Positions 33,150 through 46,067 of a stretch of DNA of 64,000 bases are shown piece after piece; positions within the stretch are counted from its first letter, which is position 1, and every line of letters starts with the position of its first letter. Made by a program: the position numbers and the translations under genes. Source of the DNA: Torpedo marmorata (lineage: Eukaryota); the NCBI GenBank assembly GCA_977017645.1, contig OZ360231.1:63240001-63304000 (forward strand), in the 5' to 3' direction. The notes under the pieces were generated by a model. The model did no database searches. It was not told where the DNA came from and worked only from the letters and a program-made list of their open reading frames with translations.

Positions 33150-36100
33150 AAATCATGAAGTAAACACGAAAATCTGTAGACACCGTAATAATGTAGTAAA
33201 AAACACAAAAGCTGGAGAACTCAGCTTTTGTGTTTTTTAGTAAATCATGAAAATCTGTAGTCACCATGGTTGAAGTAAAAACACAAAATGCTGGAGCTCA
33301 GCAGGTCAAACAGTGTCCTTTTTGTAGCAAAAATAAAGACACATAACCGATGTTTCGGGCTTGAGCCCTTCAAAGTATGAGAAAATGCCGGCTGGCATTC
33401 GAACAAAAGATGGGGTGGGGGGGGAGAAGGGGTGGCAAAGGCAGGAGATGATGTGGAGAAAGGAGGTAGGGGACAGCAGCAACGAGAGGGGAGGAGGGAT
33501 GGCTGGGTGGGTGGAAGAACTGGAAAGGCAGGACAGGGGGGAGGGGAAAGAAAAGGCTAGCAGGTTTAGTGGAAAGTAGTAAAGTCAATGTTCATGCCAT
33601 CTGGCTGACGAGTGCCCAGACAAAAAATAAGGTGTTGTTACTCCAATTTGCGGGTGGTCTGGGTGGGATAGTACACAAGGCCATGGATGGACATGTGAGC
33701 GTGGAAGTGTGACTCGGAATTGAAATAGTTGGCCACTGGGAGGTCGCTGTTGTTGCAAACGGAGCGAAGGTGCTGAGCGAAGCGATCTCCCATCGGTCTC
33801 TCCGATGTAGAGAAAGCCACAAAGAGAGCACCAGATGCAGTAAATTCCTCTGGAAGTACAAGTGAAATGTTGCTTCACTTGAAAGGCCTGTTTGGTGCCC
33901 CAGACCTTGGTGAGGGAGGAGGTGTGGGCGGAAGTGTTGCACCTCCTGCGGGCACAGGGGACGGTGCTAGGGGTGCGATAGGTGGGGAGGGATGAGTTTA
34001 CGAGGGAATCGTGGAGGGAGCGGTCCCTGCGGAAGGCTAAGAGGGGAGGAGAAGGAAAAATGTGTCTGCTGGTGGGATCCTGTAGTCGGTGCTGGAAATT
34101 CCGGCGGATAATGTGTTGGATGCAGAGGCTGGTGGGGTGGTAGGTGAGGATGGGGATTCTATGTTTGTTGCGTCTGGGGGCAGAGGGGGCCAGGGCAGAT
34201 GAGCGGGAAATGGAGGAGATGCGGGTGAGGGTGGAGATGATGGTGGTGGAGGGGAAGCCACGTTTGTGGAAGGCGGCAGACATTTCGGAAGATCTGGACT
34301 GGAAGACCTCATCTTGGGAACAGATACGGCAGAGACGGAGAAATTGAGAGAAAGGGATGGAATCCTTGCAGGGGACAGGGTGTGAGGAAGTGTTGTCCAG
34401 GTAGTTGTGGGAGTTGGAGGGTTTGTAGTATATGTCAGTGGAAAGGTTGTCTCCCGAAATGGAGACAGAGATCCAGGAAGGGGAGAGTGTTATCGGAGAT
34501 GGACCAGGTGAGTTTGAGATCGGGGTGGAAGTTGGACATGAAGTGGATGAAGTTGACGAGCTCATTCCGGGTGCATGAGTCAGCTCCGATGTAGTCGTCG
34601 ATATACCAGAGGAAGAGTTGAGGGGTTTTGCCTGTGTAGGCTTGCAGCATGGATTGCTCCACAAAGCCCACAAACAGGCAGGCGTAGCTGGGACCCATGG
34701 ATACTCCTTTGATTTGGAGGAAGTGGAATGAGTTAGAGAAGTTATTTAGAGTGAGGACAAATTCTGCCAGGCAGTGGAGGGTGGTGGTAGAGGGTGGCTG
34801 TTTGGGTCTTTGGTCCAGGAAGAAGCGGAAGTGCTTTCAGACCTGTGTGGGGGATAGAGGTATAAAGGGATTGGACATCCATCGTGAAGATGAGGCGGAG
34901 AATCTGAAGTCATTGAGGAGATGGAGGGCATGTGAGGTGTTGCGGATGTAGGTGGGGAGGGATTGGACCAGGGGAGAAAAGAGAGTCAAGGTAAGATGAA
35001 ACTAGTTCGGTGGGGCAGGAGCAGGCAGAAACAATGGGTCTGCCCGGATGGTTGAGTTTGTGTATCTTGGGTAGAAGGTAGAAACAGGCAGTGCAGGGGT
35101 GGGAGAGAATGAGGTTGGTGGCCGTGGAGGAGAGGTGATGAGGTTGGAGATGGTGTTCGAGACAGTGGCTTGATGTGTAGTGGTGGGGTCCTGTGGGAGG
35201 GGTCGGTAGGAGGAGGTGTCTGAGAGCTGTCGACTTGCCTCGGCAAGGTAGAGGTGAGTGCGCCAGACCACAACTGCACCGCCCTTGTCTGCAGGTTGGA
35301 TGGTGAGGTTGGGATTGTTGCTGAGAGAGTGGAGGGCAGAGCGCTCTGAGGAGTTGAGGTTGGAATACGAGAGGGGGTGGTAAAGTTGAGATGGTTGATG
35401 TCTCGGCGGCAGTTGGTCCAGAGTGGGCAGCTAGCCAGGATGAGGTGTCCAGGAAGAGGAAGAAGGCTTGAAGCGGGAGAAAGGGTCTTGGGTGCGGGGG
35501 TGGAGAGTCACGGTCATGGAAGCGAGCCCGGAGGCTGAGGCGATGGAAGAAAAGTTCAGTATCGCGGCGTGTGCGGAACTCGTTGAGGTGTTGGCGGAGG
35601 GGGACGAAGGTGAGGCCTCTACTGAGGACCGAGTGCTCTGTCTCAGAGAGGGGAAGGTCAAAGGGGACAGTAAAAATCAAGCAGGGGTTAGAGTGGGGAT
35701 CGGTGTTGTGGAGGGTGTTGGTGGGAGGGTGAGGGTTGGGGAGGTCCGAGGGTGGAGATGGAAGGTGGGGGTTGTAGGGAGGAGGAGGGGGGTTGGTGGG
35801 GGGAGGTCGAAGGGTGGGAGAGGAAGGTAGCCAGAGAGGGGGTGGGGGGAGATGAGGCCTGAGGGTTGGGGAGAAGGGGGGGCAGATGGGGGTGGAGTAG
35901 GGAGAGGTGTAGGATAGGGAAGGAGTAGTGAGGGGGATAAGTAAGTGGGATCCAGTAGCGAGATCAGGACTCCAGTGGCAGTCTACGTCAGGAGACAAGT
36001 GGTGCGAGTCAGCGAGGGAGGCTCCAGTGTCTTCTCCTGCAGGTAGCAGTCTGTGTCAGGAGTCGGCAGTGGAGGCGTCAGGAGCTCTGGTGAGTAGGGG

Positions 36101-36225
36101 CTCGGTGCCCGGGATGAAGTGGGCGGCCGTGGCGTCAGGAGTACCATAGTGTCGGCGGCCAGGGCAGAAGTGGGCGGCCATGGTGTCAGGAGTACCATCG
36201 TGTCGGTGGCTGGGGCCTGGGGTGT
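33150..36225 (-). mobile_element. Near full-length Penelope-like element, frameshifted
   Basis: SVLSRGLTFVP, FYLLPKIHK, PGRPIVSACSCPTE, MGPSYACLFVG, WYIDDYIG, TDIYYKP, GIY-YIG end and 3' UTR; AGGAGT repeated at 33144-33149 and 36226-36231. Confidence 0.9.
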
Positions 36226-36248
36226 AGGAGTTTGGCCACCCCATAAAA

Positions 36249-37557
36249 CAGGGGTGGCCAAACTGCGGCTTGCGAGCCACATGCGGCTCTTTGACATATT
36301 ATGTGCAGCTCGTGGAAATACGTCGGCTGAGAAAGGAATCGCATGAGCTGGTGCTCTCGCCTAGGCCCCGGCCGCCCACCCATCCAAGCTCCAGACGCCC
36401 CGGCTGCGCTCCCAGCCAAGATCCTGAATCCTGGCCGCCCACCCATTCGAGCTCCCGATGCCCCGAATGCTGACTTATCACCTGGTCCCGGCCGGCTGCC
36501 CGTCCACCCGAGCTCCTGACATCCCGAACGACGCAGGTACTTACCACGGTCAAAAGTACTATGCGTCACTGGCATCACTAGTGGGGTGCAGGGGTGCAGA
36601 CCGCACCCGGTGACACCATCAGAGGGGGTGACACCAAAATGACTGTCTATAAAATTTTTGTGCAGTGTTTAGCAGAAATTTATTTATTTTTATAAAAATA
36701 TCCCTGTAGTTAGTTATAACAACAAAAACATTTTTCGTAAGCTCAGTTTACATGTATCAATATACCTACAAGGCTAAAACTCTATGCTAATTTACTTTTT
36801 GAACCTTCTAATGCGCTCCTACCCAATTACAATGACGCTTCGAATCACGTTGTTTTGTCTGCACTCGCTACAAGCACGCGCTGTTGTTTTTGTTGCTGCT
36901 GGTGTTTGTATAGTCGCTGCTTTTGTCAAAATTTCTGCTGTTTTAGCTACAATATTGTGGTAATTAGAATTTGTGAAACTATATCAATAACTTTGAGAAT
37001 GAAGTAGTAATTAAAGGAAAAGAAGGAGAAAAATCAAAAAAGGCTTCCGCTCAGTTACTAATAATGTTGTAACTAATAATGTAAATATATTTAGGCTGTG
37101 CATATGATATTGTAATTTAAAGGTGTAATTTTAATTTTGCTAGTTGTTTATCTCACTACTATTGCCATTACATTCAGTGATATACGGGGATTACGATTTA
37201 CAAGTAACATTAGTACAAAAAACATTACTAAGGATTCTGTATGGTCTGGTACAGGAGGAGGTCCATAGGGGTGGGGGGTGGGGGGTGACACCAACCCTAG
37301 TGATATGCCACTGCTATGCGTGTAATATTACCCTAAAAATTGATTATTGAAACTAATAGAAATTAGCAGTTTAAAAACTACATACATGAATAAATATTAT
37401 TACGTACATGTATTTCTTAATACTTAAATAAAATATTTGTAACGAAATGTGCATGTAAGAGTAAAAACATGTAATATTTTTTTCATGTCTTGTGGCTCTC
37501 AAACACCTGAAGTTTATTGTATGTGGTTCTTGCATTAAGCAAGTTTAGCCACCCCTG
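36249..37557. mobile_element. Non-autonomous hAT (Charlie-like) element
   Basis: TIRs CAGGGGTGGCCAAACT / AGTTTAGCCACCCCTG; 8-bp flanks CCATAAA(A/C); subterminal GC-rich repeats 36365-36525. Confidence 0.8.
36567..37313. mobile_element. Second non-autonomous hAT-type element nested in the first
   Basis: Ends CACTGGCATCACTAG / CTAGTGATATGCCACTG with perfect 8-bp TSD CTATGCGT (36559-36566, 37314-37321). Confidence 0.8.
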
Positions 37558-38789
37558 CCATAAACCTTCTTTACCACTTGCATGGCCATTTCCAAGGAGC
37601 TAAGGACCTGGACCCAGATGCTTCTGCACATCAATGCTATTAAAATTCCTGTCATTAACTGCATTATTTCTCCTTACATCTGTCCTTCCAAAGTGCAATA
37701 CCTCAGTTGACAGGATTAAACTTCATCTGCCATTTCTCTGCCCATATCTGTAACAGATCCATACTCTTCTGTATTCTTTGATAGCCCTCTGTACTGTTCA
37801 CACCTCCACCAATCTTAGTGTAATCGGCAAACTTACTAAGTTTATGAGGAATGTCATTACTAGAGCAGGACAAAGATTTAGGGTCTTGTTCTTAAGCATG
37901 AAGTTCCCCACCTTCTTCAAAATCTCAGACCTGCAAGTGAGAACAGCAATTACCCAAGTGATGCCAGTAATTAAGAGTACAAGACAGCTCCAACCTGATC
38001 AGTTATTCTGCTGCTTTGATTCACTGAAGCACAAGTAAGAAGTGGAAACTTGAAAGGAAGATGCAAGGTTTTTTAGATGGTATGAAACTAAATGAAGCAA
38101 GATATAAGCAAATGAAGATTGCAAAAATGAGACCAGGGAGACATTTACAAGGGATCTGGGAAAATAAAATTGAATTGTTCTCGAGTTTGCATTTTAAATC
38201 AAATGTTGATTTTACACTATGTGGCATCCAAATGCATCTTCCAACAGCTGGCAAAATCTCTGAGCAAATTTAAAGGACAAAAGTACTTTCCGTAAATCAA
38301 TACATTGAAAGAAATACCTTGGACACTGAGGAACATAAATATCTTTAGAAATGATAGAGAGAGAGTAGCATGGAGTATTTCAGTAGCACAAAATTAAACC
38401 CCCTCAGTGCAAAATTCTGTAACCACTATTTGAAATAAACAAACATAGACTTGGTTCAGGCCAGATTAACAAGTCCTGTTACAAAACTCTACATATATTA
38501 TATTTTCATCAACTCAACAACAGAATCATACCACTTCAGATTCTTTCTTTAGCAATCTATTTCATAGATTGATTATAATTTATGTCTCAAATAAAAGACA
38601 AAACATCACATTTTTAAAGAGCCATCAGGGCAGCCACTGATACATTGCAAAACAAATTGGGTGGGCATGAGGGGAGGGGGCAGAATGTGTACATCAATGC
38701 AGCACCTGTCCTACAATCAAACTCGAGTGTTACAATATTCTAAGAGAAGCCACATCAGGTGCATCATCCTGATAGTGACATCATCAACC

Positions 38790-40786
38790 AGGTTGGCTTG
38801 CCATTTATTTAAATAATTGATTTAACATAAAATACAAAATAGCACTTTGTGAACCTGAACAAGAGATGCATGAAAATACAAAAAAGGCCAACAATCAAGG
38901 TTGGCAGACACTTCTGCAAGTCCGCCAGAAAAGAGTTACAATTCCCTTGGTGAAAATTAAATTTTATTAAATGAACAACTAGAACCGTGTCAGTGGTTTT
39001 GATTTGAGCTATTAAATTTGTATATTGCAAGTGCCAGCAGATAAAGTCACAAGATTACAATTCTAAACGAACCATCTAAGTATGTTTCTTTTGATTTAAT
39101 AACATTGTTATGTTTTGAAATATTCCAACAATACACTGTTGGTATTTGTCACGTTCACTCAGTTGTACAAAACAAACTAACATACACACACATACTGCAG
39201 AGAAAGAAATATTGAGCCTTTCCAGATGTGTGCCACAGGACTGTTGGTTTAACTTCTTGAGATTATCAGTTCTGAAAGTGGAAAGACAGCAGCAGTTGTG
39301 GGCATTGTACTACTCTGAATAAACATTCAAATCTGGGCTCTTTTCCAAAACAGGCTCACTGCCCGAGTGTTTGAAGACCATTCCATTTTAACAGGATGGA
39401 GTGCAAGATTCCTGTGAGCAAAAAAGGAGCCTACTATTCAGTGATGCGGAAGTCACCAAAAGGAAACAGGATTTTTTTTCTATGAAACAATTTCACTCTA
39501 TGACCCCCCCCCCCCTCGCTCCAAATATAGAACTTGTACTCGTGCCCGGGTGGCCCTTTAGGTCAATAGTTGTGGTAGAAGTCAGGAACACTGCGTGACC
39601 TTCCTTCCTACCTTCACTAATATGGAACAGTGAACAGGGCAGCCGGCTGCTCCCCTTGTGAGGATGAAATGAAAATCCATGGGGGTGCAGGTAAAGACCA
39701 ACAAGATGTCAAAACCTCTGCACCAAATTTATCCATTCAACTACTGCACCACCTCATTTAGAAAGGAAATAAGAGACAATGATCTCATTCTCCAACTGTT
39801 CCCTTTGTATGCAAAATGGTATGAAAGGGCAAGTCAACAAGTTGCTTTATTCTTTTCATGTCTTGAGTATAACCATTACCATAGCCAAGAATAATGATGA
39901 TCTTTTATATGCAGTACAAGTTCAGTGGAAGGTGTATTACTTTTCTAGCAAATAATACCTAATTACTCATGAACTTTCTCTGCACCTGAACTTTTAAAGA
40001 AAGCCAAAATTATAATCCTACAAGGGCAGAGTGTACTCCAACAGAAGATTGTGCCAATAGTCCTTGAGCCAATGTGTCTACATCAATACAAGCCCAAGAA
40101 AATGCCTAATAATTTACTCTGCATTTTGTTTTGCCTAGAAATGCATCTAATTTAAATAACAATCTGCATTGACAAAAAGATAGCTGAGAACCTTTTGGTG
40201 CCTGGCAAATCAAACTCTGCACTTTTGGGGCAGCGTTTTGTCAAAATGAGAAAGAGCTCAAGGATAGTGCTGAACATAGTGTATTCCACTGGCCTCAGCC
40301 TTTTTAAAATCCAAATTTGTCGCTTTGCCAAAATTTACCTTAATAATATTGCAAAATGATTTTGAACTTGCTTTGGCAGAACCAATATTTATCCTTGTCA
40401 TCACCCTAGGGTAATGCTTATTGTGTACCCCACCACTGTTAATTTGAGAGCACAATAATATGGTGACTTTCAAACAATGAGGAAATGTGATTGGGTCCAG
40501 CTTTTCTTGAGAGAAATGGACACATGGAGTAGAAACTCGCAGCATTTCCAAAGCACTACTTAATGTAGTGAAAAAAATAATTTGCAAGAAAAATGCATGG
40601 ACATTCCCAAAATATCATTACTCCACTCAAGAAACTGAACATGGCTTCCTTTTTCTTAAAATTACAAATCATTTCATGTGGTTAATTTCCAAAAGACCTG
40701 ACATCATCTTTGTCCTCCCCAAATGTCAGCATACAGGTAGTTTCAGTAGTTCATCCAACGGTCACTCCCGAACACTGCAAGAGATC
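38790..40786 (-). other. PTGFRN: Probable PTGFRN 3' UTR with poly(A) signal
   Basis: About 2 kb without recognisable repeats after the stop; AATAAA on minus at 38804-38809. Confidence 0.5.
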
Positions 40787-40950
40787 TCAGCTAATGCATT
40801 TCTGGAGTAACCCATGTCGCTCATTCATCGATGGAGCTCTCCCTCTGGAACGGTTTGGAAAAGCACAATATCCGATTGCACATGCGAGAATTGCAATTAT
40901 TAAGGCACTGCCAACCCCATACAACAAAGGCATCTTAAAGGAGTCCAGAA
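40787..40950 (-). CDS. PTGFRN: PTGFRN last coding exon (transmembrane plus cytoplasmic tail)
   Basis: VLDSFKMPLLYGVGSALIIAILACAIGYC matches recalled PTGFRN VLNAFKYPLLIGVGLSTVIGLLSCLIGYC; AG acceptor, phase 1. Confidence 0.88.
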
Positions 40951-41977
40951 CTAGAGGGAAGGGAAAAAAAGACAAAAGCAGAAGCAAAAACAGTTAGTAC
41001 GTTTGTATGCTGCTCCTCACTGCCGTAAGCCACTTCATTTCTATTCTAGTACCATATTGTTGGTCTTTCTGAAATGTACTTTAAGTTTCTTTTATTCAAT
41101 CAGCTGGCTGATTAAACACTCATTCCCTTTGTTCTTAATAATACCGTTATAATTATTTTATCTCTAAATTTCAATATTTTAACATTTTTTTTTAAATCAG
41201 CTGTTGCTCTCATTTTCATAGACTTTGGCCCACAGGAAATTCTCACCTTGAATGAACCAACCACAAATTCTCTATGCCGCCCAGAATCAAGTCACAGCCA
41301 ATAAATGCACGATGCTCAATTTTTTGGTAAATATCTTAACTTTTAATTGGGATTCCTGCTTTTTAAAAAGATAATTATGTTTCAATTGATATTACAAAGC
41401 ATCTTTGCTTACTCTGATAGCAAAGACCATGTAACTAGGTCAAGGATCAATATATTTTCCTAATGGGGTGGCAACTGCGAAGTGAATCTTGAGTTTTCCC
41501 AATCACACAATATTGGGTTTATTATTAATTGGCAATGTCTGGTTTGAATCTTGGCCTACATAATATTAGTTACTTTCAGCTAGGAATTCATTGAATGCTG
41601 TGATGATTCTCAGTAGCCTCAAGCCAGGAAGAAGACAAAAGAATATCGACTGCACCAAATTTAGAAAAAAAAAATCAAGATATAATAATTATCCAACTTG
41701 ACAGGATGCACAATTTCAATTGAGAATCTCTTTTTCCTTTACCTATGTCAGTTTGAATATTGACCAATAATTATATGGAAATAGTCTATCTTACTTCCTG
41801 CCAATGAACAAGATAAAAAAGATTTAAATGGCCAATACAACATTTACATCCTTTGCACAAACCAAAGATTTAAAAGTTCAATGTAAACAGAAAAATAATT
41901 AGTGCTGGAAAGAATCCCATGCCATGCAATTGAGTTTTGATCTCTGACATCTCCTTTATGAGCAAATCAAAACTAAC

Positions 41978-42277
41978 CTGAAATATCAATGCGAACTGAA
42001 AGTACAGCAGATTCCTGTGGTGGTATTCTCTGCCATATTCCAGCCTCTGATATTATCCAAGGGGTAACTTTGCAAAAATAATCTCCAGCAAAAGCACTGT
42101 CCGAACAATGTACTTGCAGACTGAATTCGTGCATGCCAACTCGTTCAACACAGATGCCGTTGGTACCCAAGTCTTTCAGGTACGTAACCACTGATTTCCG
42201 ATCCATCAATACCAATGGACTCATGCTGGCATTAAAAGGAAGTCGCTGGAAGAACCATTCCACCTCATATAAAGCAT
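41978..42277 (-). CDS. PTGFRN: PTGFRN exon, Ig-V6 second part
   Basis: YEVEWF...MDRKSVV...FSLQVHCSDSAFAGDYFCKVTPW; AG/GT, 300 bp. Confidence 0.88.
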
Positions 42278-43448
42278 CTAAGAGAAAAAAAATAGATAAA
42301 ACATTTGGACTATGACCAGTCCACAACAATGGGCACATCTAAATTCAATTCAATCCTATTCATACCCACAATATTCAAAGCACAATTTTAAAACTATACA
42401 AACACAGGATTTGAGAAACCTCGCACAACCGAGAAAATAACACTTCAACTGAGGTAAGAATTTTAATCCAAAAGGAATTAGAACAATCCTCAATGACCAT
42501 CAAAATGAATGGATTAAATCAGTAGAGTTAGGGATTAGTTACTAGCAATAGATTCTCTTAGAGGAAAAAGTGAGAGGAGAGAGCATCAAAAACATTGGTC
42601 TAAGACTCTAAAGCAAGGAGCTAAACCAGGGAGACACTCAAATCTCATTAGTCCAAAATTTATATTAAATTAATCGTGGTCCTGGAAGTCCAGAGCCATC
42701 TCATAGTTGCTCTCAAATGCACTATTAAACTGGTCTTGTTTGATTCAACAGCACAGGGCACACGTCCTGCAGATCCCCAGCAGAAATTTGTCACATGAAC
42801 TCATTCATTTCAATGAAGAGGAACATCCAGCAGGCAGGTTTCAGGTAATTACATTTTAAGAGATCAGTTATTTTGAAATTTTAAATTATTTTGCATTTGT
42901 TTACAGACTCTTCAATGTTTGATCCAGTTTCCTTAAAAATGCAATAATTTACAAATTAATTTCAATTTTTAATAGTCATGGACATTGATTGACATGCATT
43001 TTATCTTGGGGACAGAGCTCACTCATTGTGCAAGCATATGGCATGGTGGTGGATCTGAACTGTGGAAGCTACCACCAGGGGATCCACTCAAGCTAAGAGT
43101 GAGTTTGTCAGCAACTCATCACTGAGGAAATTCTAGGCCTGATTTTGGCACTCAGGATGGGGAGAATTTCAGTTGAAGAATGAAGTGCATTTTTCCTCCA
43201 GTGATTCTGCACATCCTGCAACTGCATCCCTAACAAATGCCACATTCCCCAAGATATACAAACTTTGTGGGATGAGTAGTGGAACTGCACGAAGTGAAGC
43301 CAGAACACAACGCTAAATGGCAGCAGCTGTCATAAAATACCACTGTCGCTGGCTGAAGATGCAAATCTGCTGAATGTCAATCAACCCAGCGAAGCTATTC
43401 TGGTAGCGCACGCCACAATAGATAGAGGGCCGTGATTTCTCAAATTAC

Positions 43449-43556
43449 CTGAAGCATTGGGTATCTCCAGCAGGTCAACAGTGCAGTTCATTTGCAAAGT
43501 CTCTCCTTGGTACACATGAGGTCTCTCTGACTCCAAAGTTACATTAAACAGAGGAG
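43449..43556 (-). CDS. PTGFRN: PTGFRN exon, Ig-V6 first part
   Basis: PLFNVTLESERPHVYQGETLQMNCTV; AG/GT, 108 bp. Confidence 0.85.
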
Positions 43557-45041
43557 CTGAAGAGCAAAATGAGACATTAATAGGCGAGCATTGCTTTGTT
43601 TTACAATGCTCAACATTAAATGCAAGTGTATTTTTCAACTCAAAGTACATTCTGTAGAAGGAAGTTAAAGAAGAAGATGGTTTTACACAACTTAAGGTTT
43701 ATAACTAGAATGACCAAGAAAACTCTCATGTTCTGAGGCTGGGCAGTACTGAGGCCGGGAAATTAATTTAAAAGATTTGCCATTTTCGTCCCATCCCACC
43801 CTTGTTGGTAAACAGTTCTGTTGGCATTGGCTGTTCTTCCACATTTCTTTCAGCAGCACCTTTTCCTCATTGAGAATTATAGTTGACAATTGTCAGACAG
43901 CTGTTCAAGCATGATGCACATTAGCACATAAATCTAATTGTGATCAACTTGGAAATTGTCTTAAAAGGAACATGCAATGTTCCTGCATACAAAACTTGGG
44001 AGTTTTAGGTGGCGACATCATCCACCATGTCATTGAAATACTTTAATTCTTTATTTTAAAATCGATCTGACATTAAAAGCTCCTCTTACTGAAAATGGGA
44101 GTACCCTTATTTGGGTCAATCCAAACTTTAAAGCACTATATTAATTTACACCAACTCTAAGTACATAAATGTGCTTATTGAATTATGGCTGCTTAAAGTA
44201 ATTTAATTTTTATTTGGAAGAATGGCTCAACATTAATGTTCATTCCCATTCAGCAGTCATGCACTTTACAGGAGAAGCTATTTTGAAAACGAATCCTGAC
44301 ATGTTTTGGGCCTTCAAACTAACCAGTGTATATATACAGTGACTTTACACCATTAGGAATTTGAAATTTTAGTTGCCTAGTACATTTAAGTAGGAGTTGA
44401 TAGTTTATTGGACATCAAATAAATCAAGGATTAAGGGTACTGGAAAAGAAAGCACTGCAAGTTTAAATAATGAAGCAACAAGGGGGCCATGTGACCTTCA
44501 ATTACTGCATTTCCAATTCAGTTAAAGCACATCAAATCCTCCCAAAAGGTAGAAAAATTCATCTTCCATTCAATTGCATCTATCATGCATTTCCCTGAGC
44601 AGAACTTTCATCCCTGAAACTACATGAATTGATCAGAATGCTCCAAAACAAACAGCTGAGGTATCAGAAACAACAGAGCATGCATAGGTTTATAGAGATA
44701 GACCTTCAGCCCAATTTGTCCAAAATAACCAAGTTATCGATCTAAGGGAGTCCCAATTGGCCCTTTACCCACTAAACCCCTTCTATACTTGAACCGTCTG
44801 TGCTGGCAAGTGCAGACCCAGAGAGGAATTGAGGGGAAGGTGGAAAAATAAAATGGAATTAGTGTCAACGGATGTTTCATGATCAGCAGGGTCTTGGTGG
44901 GCCAAAAGGCCTACTTCTGTGCTGCATGACTAGAACTGTACAGCACAAGTAGAATGAACAGCAATTTCTTCCCTAAAGCCTGCTCCACTATTTAATCAGT
45001 TAATCTATTAAGTGCCACTTCCCTGTACTAACCCCGTATCG

Positions 45042-45416
45042 CAGTGGTTTTCAAACTGCCCCCCTAAACTCACATTCCACCTTAACCAATCCCTATGCCA
45101 TTAGTGCTCTGTGATTGGTAAGGGATCACTTAAGGTGGTATGTGAGTGGGAAGGGAAGGTTGAGAACCACTGCTCTAGACCCAATTGTTACTGAAATATT
45201 TTGCTTGAAAAAAATTGTCATTGCCCATTTCCTTTGGAGTTATGAAACCGTGCACATAACGAGTCAATTAGGTACGATTAAAACAGTGGTTTTCAAACCT
45301 TTTTATTTCCACTCACATACCACCTTAAGCAATCCCTTACTAATCACAGAGCATTTATGGCATAGGGATTGCTTAAGGTGGAATGTGAGTTTAGGGGGGC
45401 AGTTTGAAAACCACTG
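45042..45416. mobile_element. Fold-back hAT-type MITE
   Basis: About 130-bp inverted arms (45042-45171 vs 45283-45416), each bounded by CAGTGGTT...AACCACTG. Confidence 0.8.
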
Positions 45417-45577
45417 TCATATCCTATAGATAGCATTCAATTTTTTCTACCAATATGAAGACTAAACACTTTCCCACACTATTTACTGATTTTATGTACT
45501 CGCCTACTAAACCTGACTATTTTGCCTTAAAATTTGTATTCTCTTAACCTATGCCACCATCTAGATTATCAACATCA

Positions 45578-46067
45578 GCACGCAGCAGTATGGAGACGAC
45601 CCTACACGGAAGGTGACCACTGCAGCAGACCAGCGAGGGGCTCAGCAGCTGAAGGTCCTACAAAGGCTGCGGCTGTTGGCGACTTAGGGTGGAAGGACCC
45701 ACACAAGCCGCGGGCTGCTGGAGACTGGCTCATGGGAACCAGGTATCAGAACTGGGATTCAAGAGGGTGCTGAAGGCAAGAAGGCCTCCCAAAGGGCCTC
45801 AGGCACTGAACGCATCCTGATCATATTGAAGGTTTGGATCTGGAGCTTGGGTTGCCAATGGTTTGAACAGGAGCTGTGAGGCTGCGGGAGTGCTGGAGGC
45901 AAATCCACGGGCACTCAGCGTCTCTGAAGGGACCTTCTTTTGCTTCTCTTTCTCCTATTCTTAGGGGGGGGGCTGGGCTATGCTCATGGTGATTCAAGGT
46001 TCCTTTTAGTGTCACATAATAATACATAAAAATGTAATATTACACGACACTAAAAGGAACCTTGAAT
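45578..46067 (+). mobile_element. GC-rich non-autonomous retroelement related to 47600-48372
   Basis: Shared blocks GGGCTGCTGGAGACTG, ACCAGGTATC, GGATCTGGAGCT, TTTTGCTTCTCTTTCTC. Confidence 0.6.

Noticed and set aside
40787-40801. C-terminal CaaX prenylation motif in PTGFRN
   Set aside because: The protein ends KCIS, so the Cys is third from the end, not fourth.
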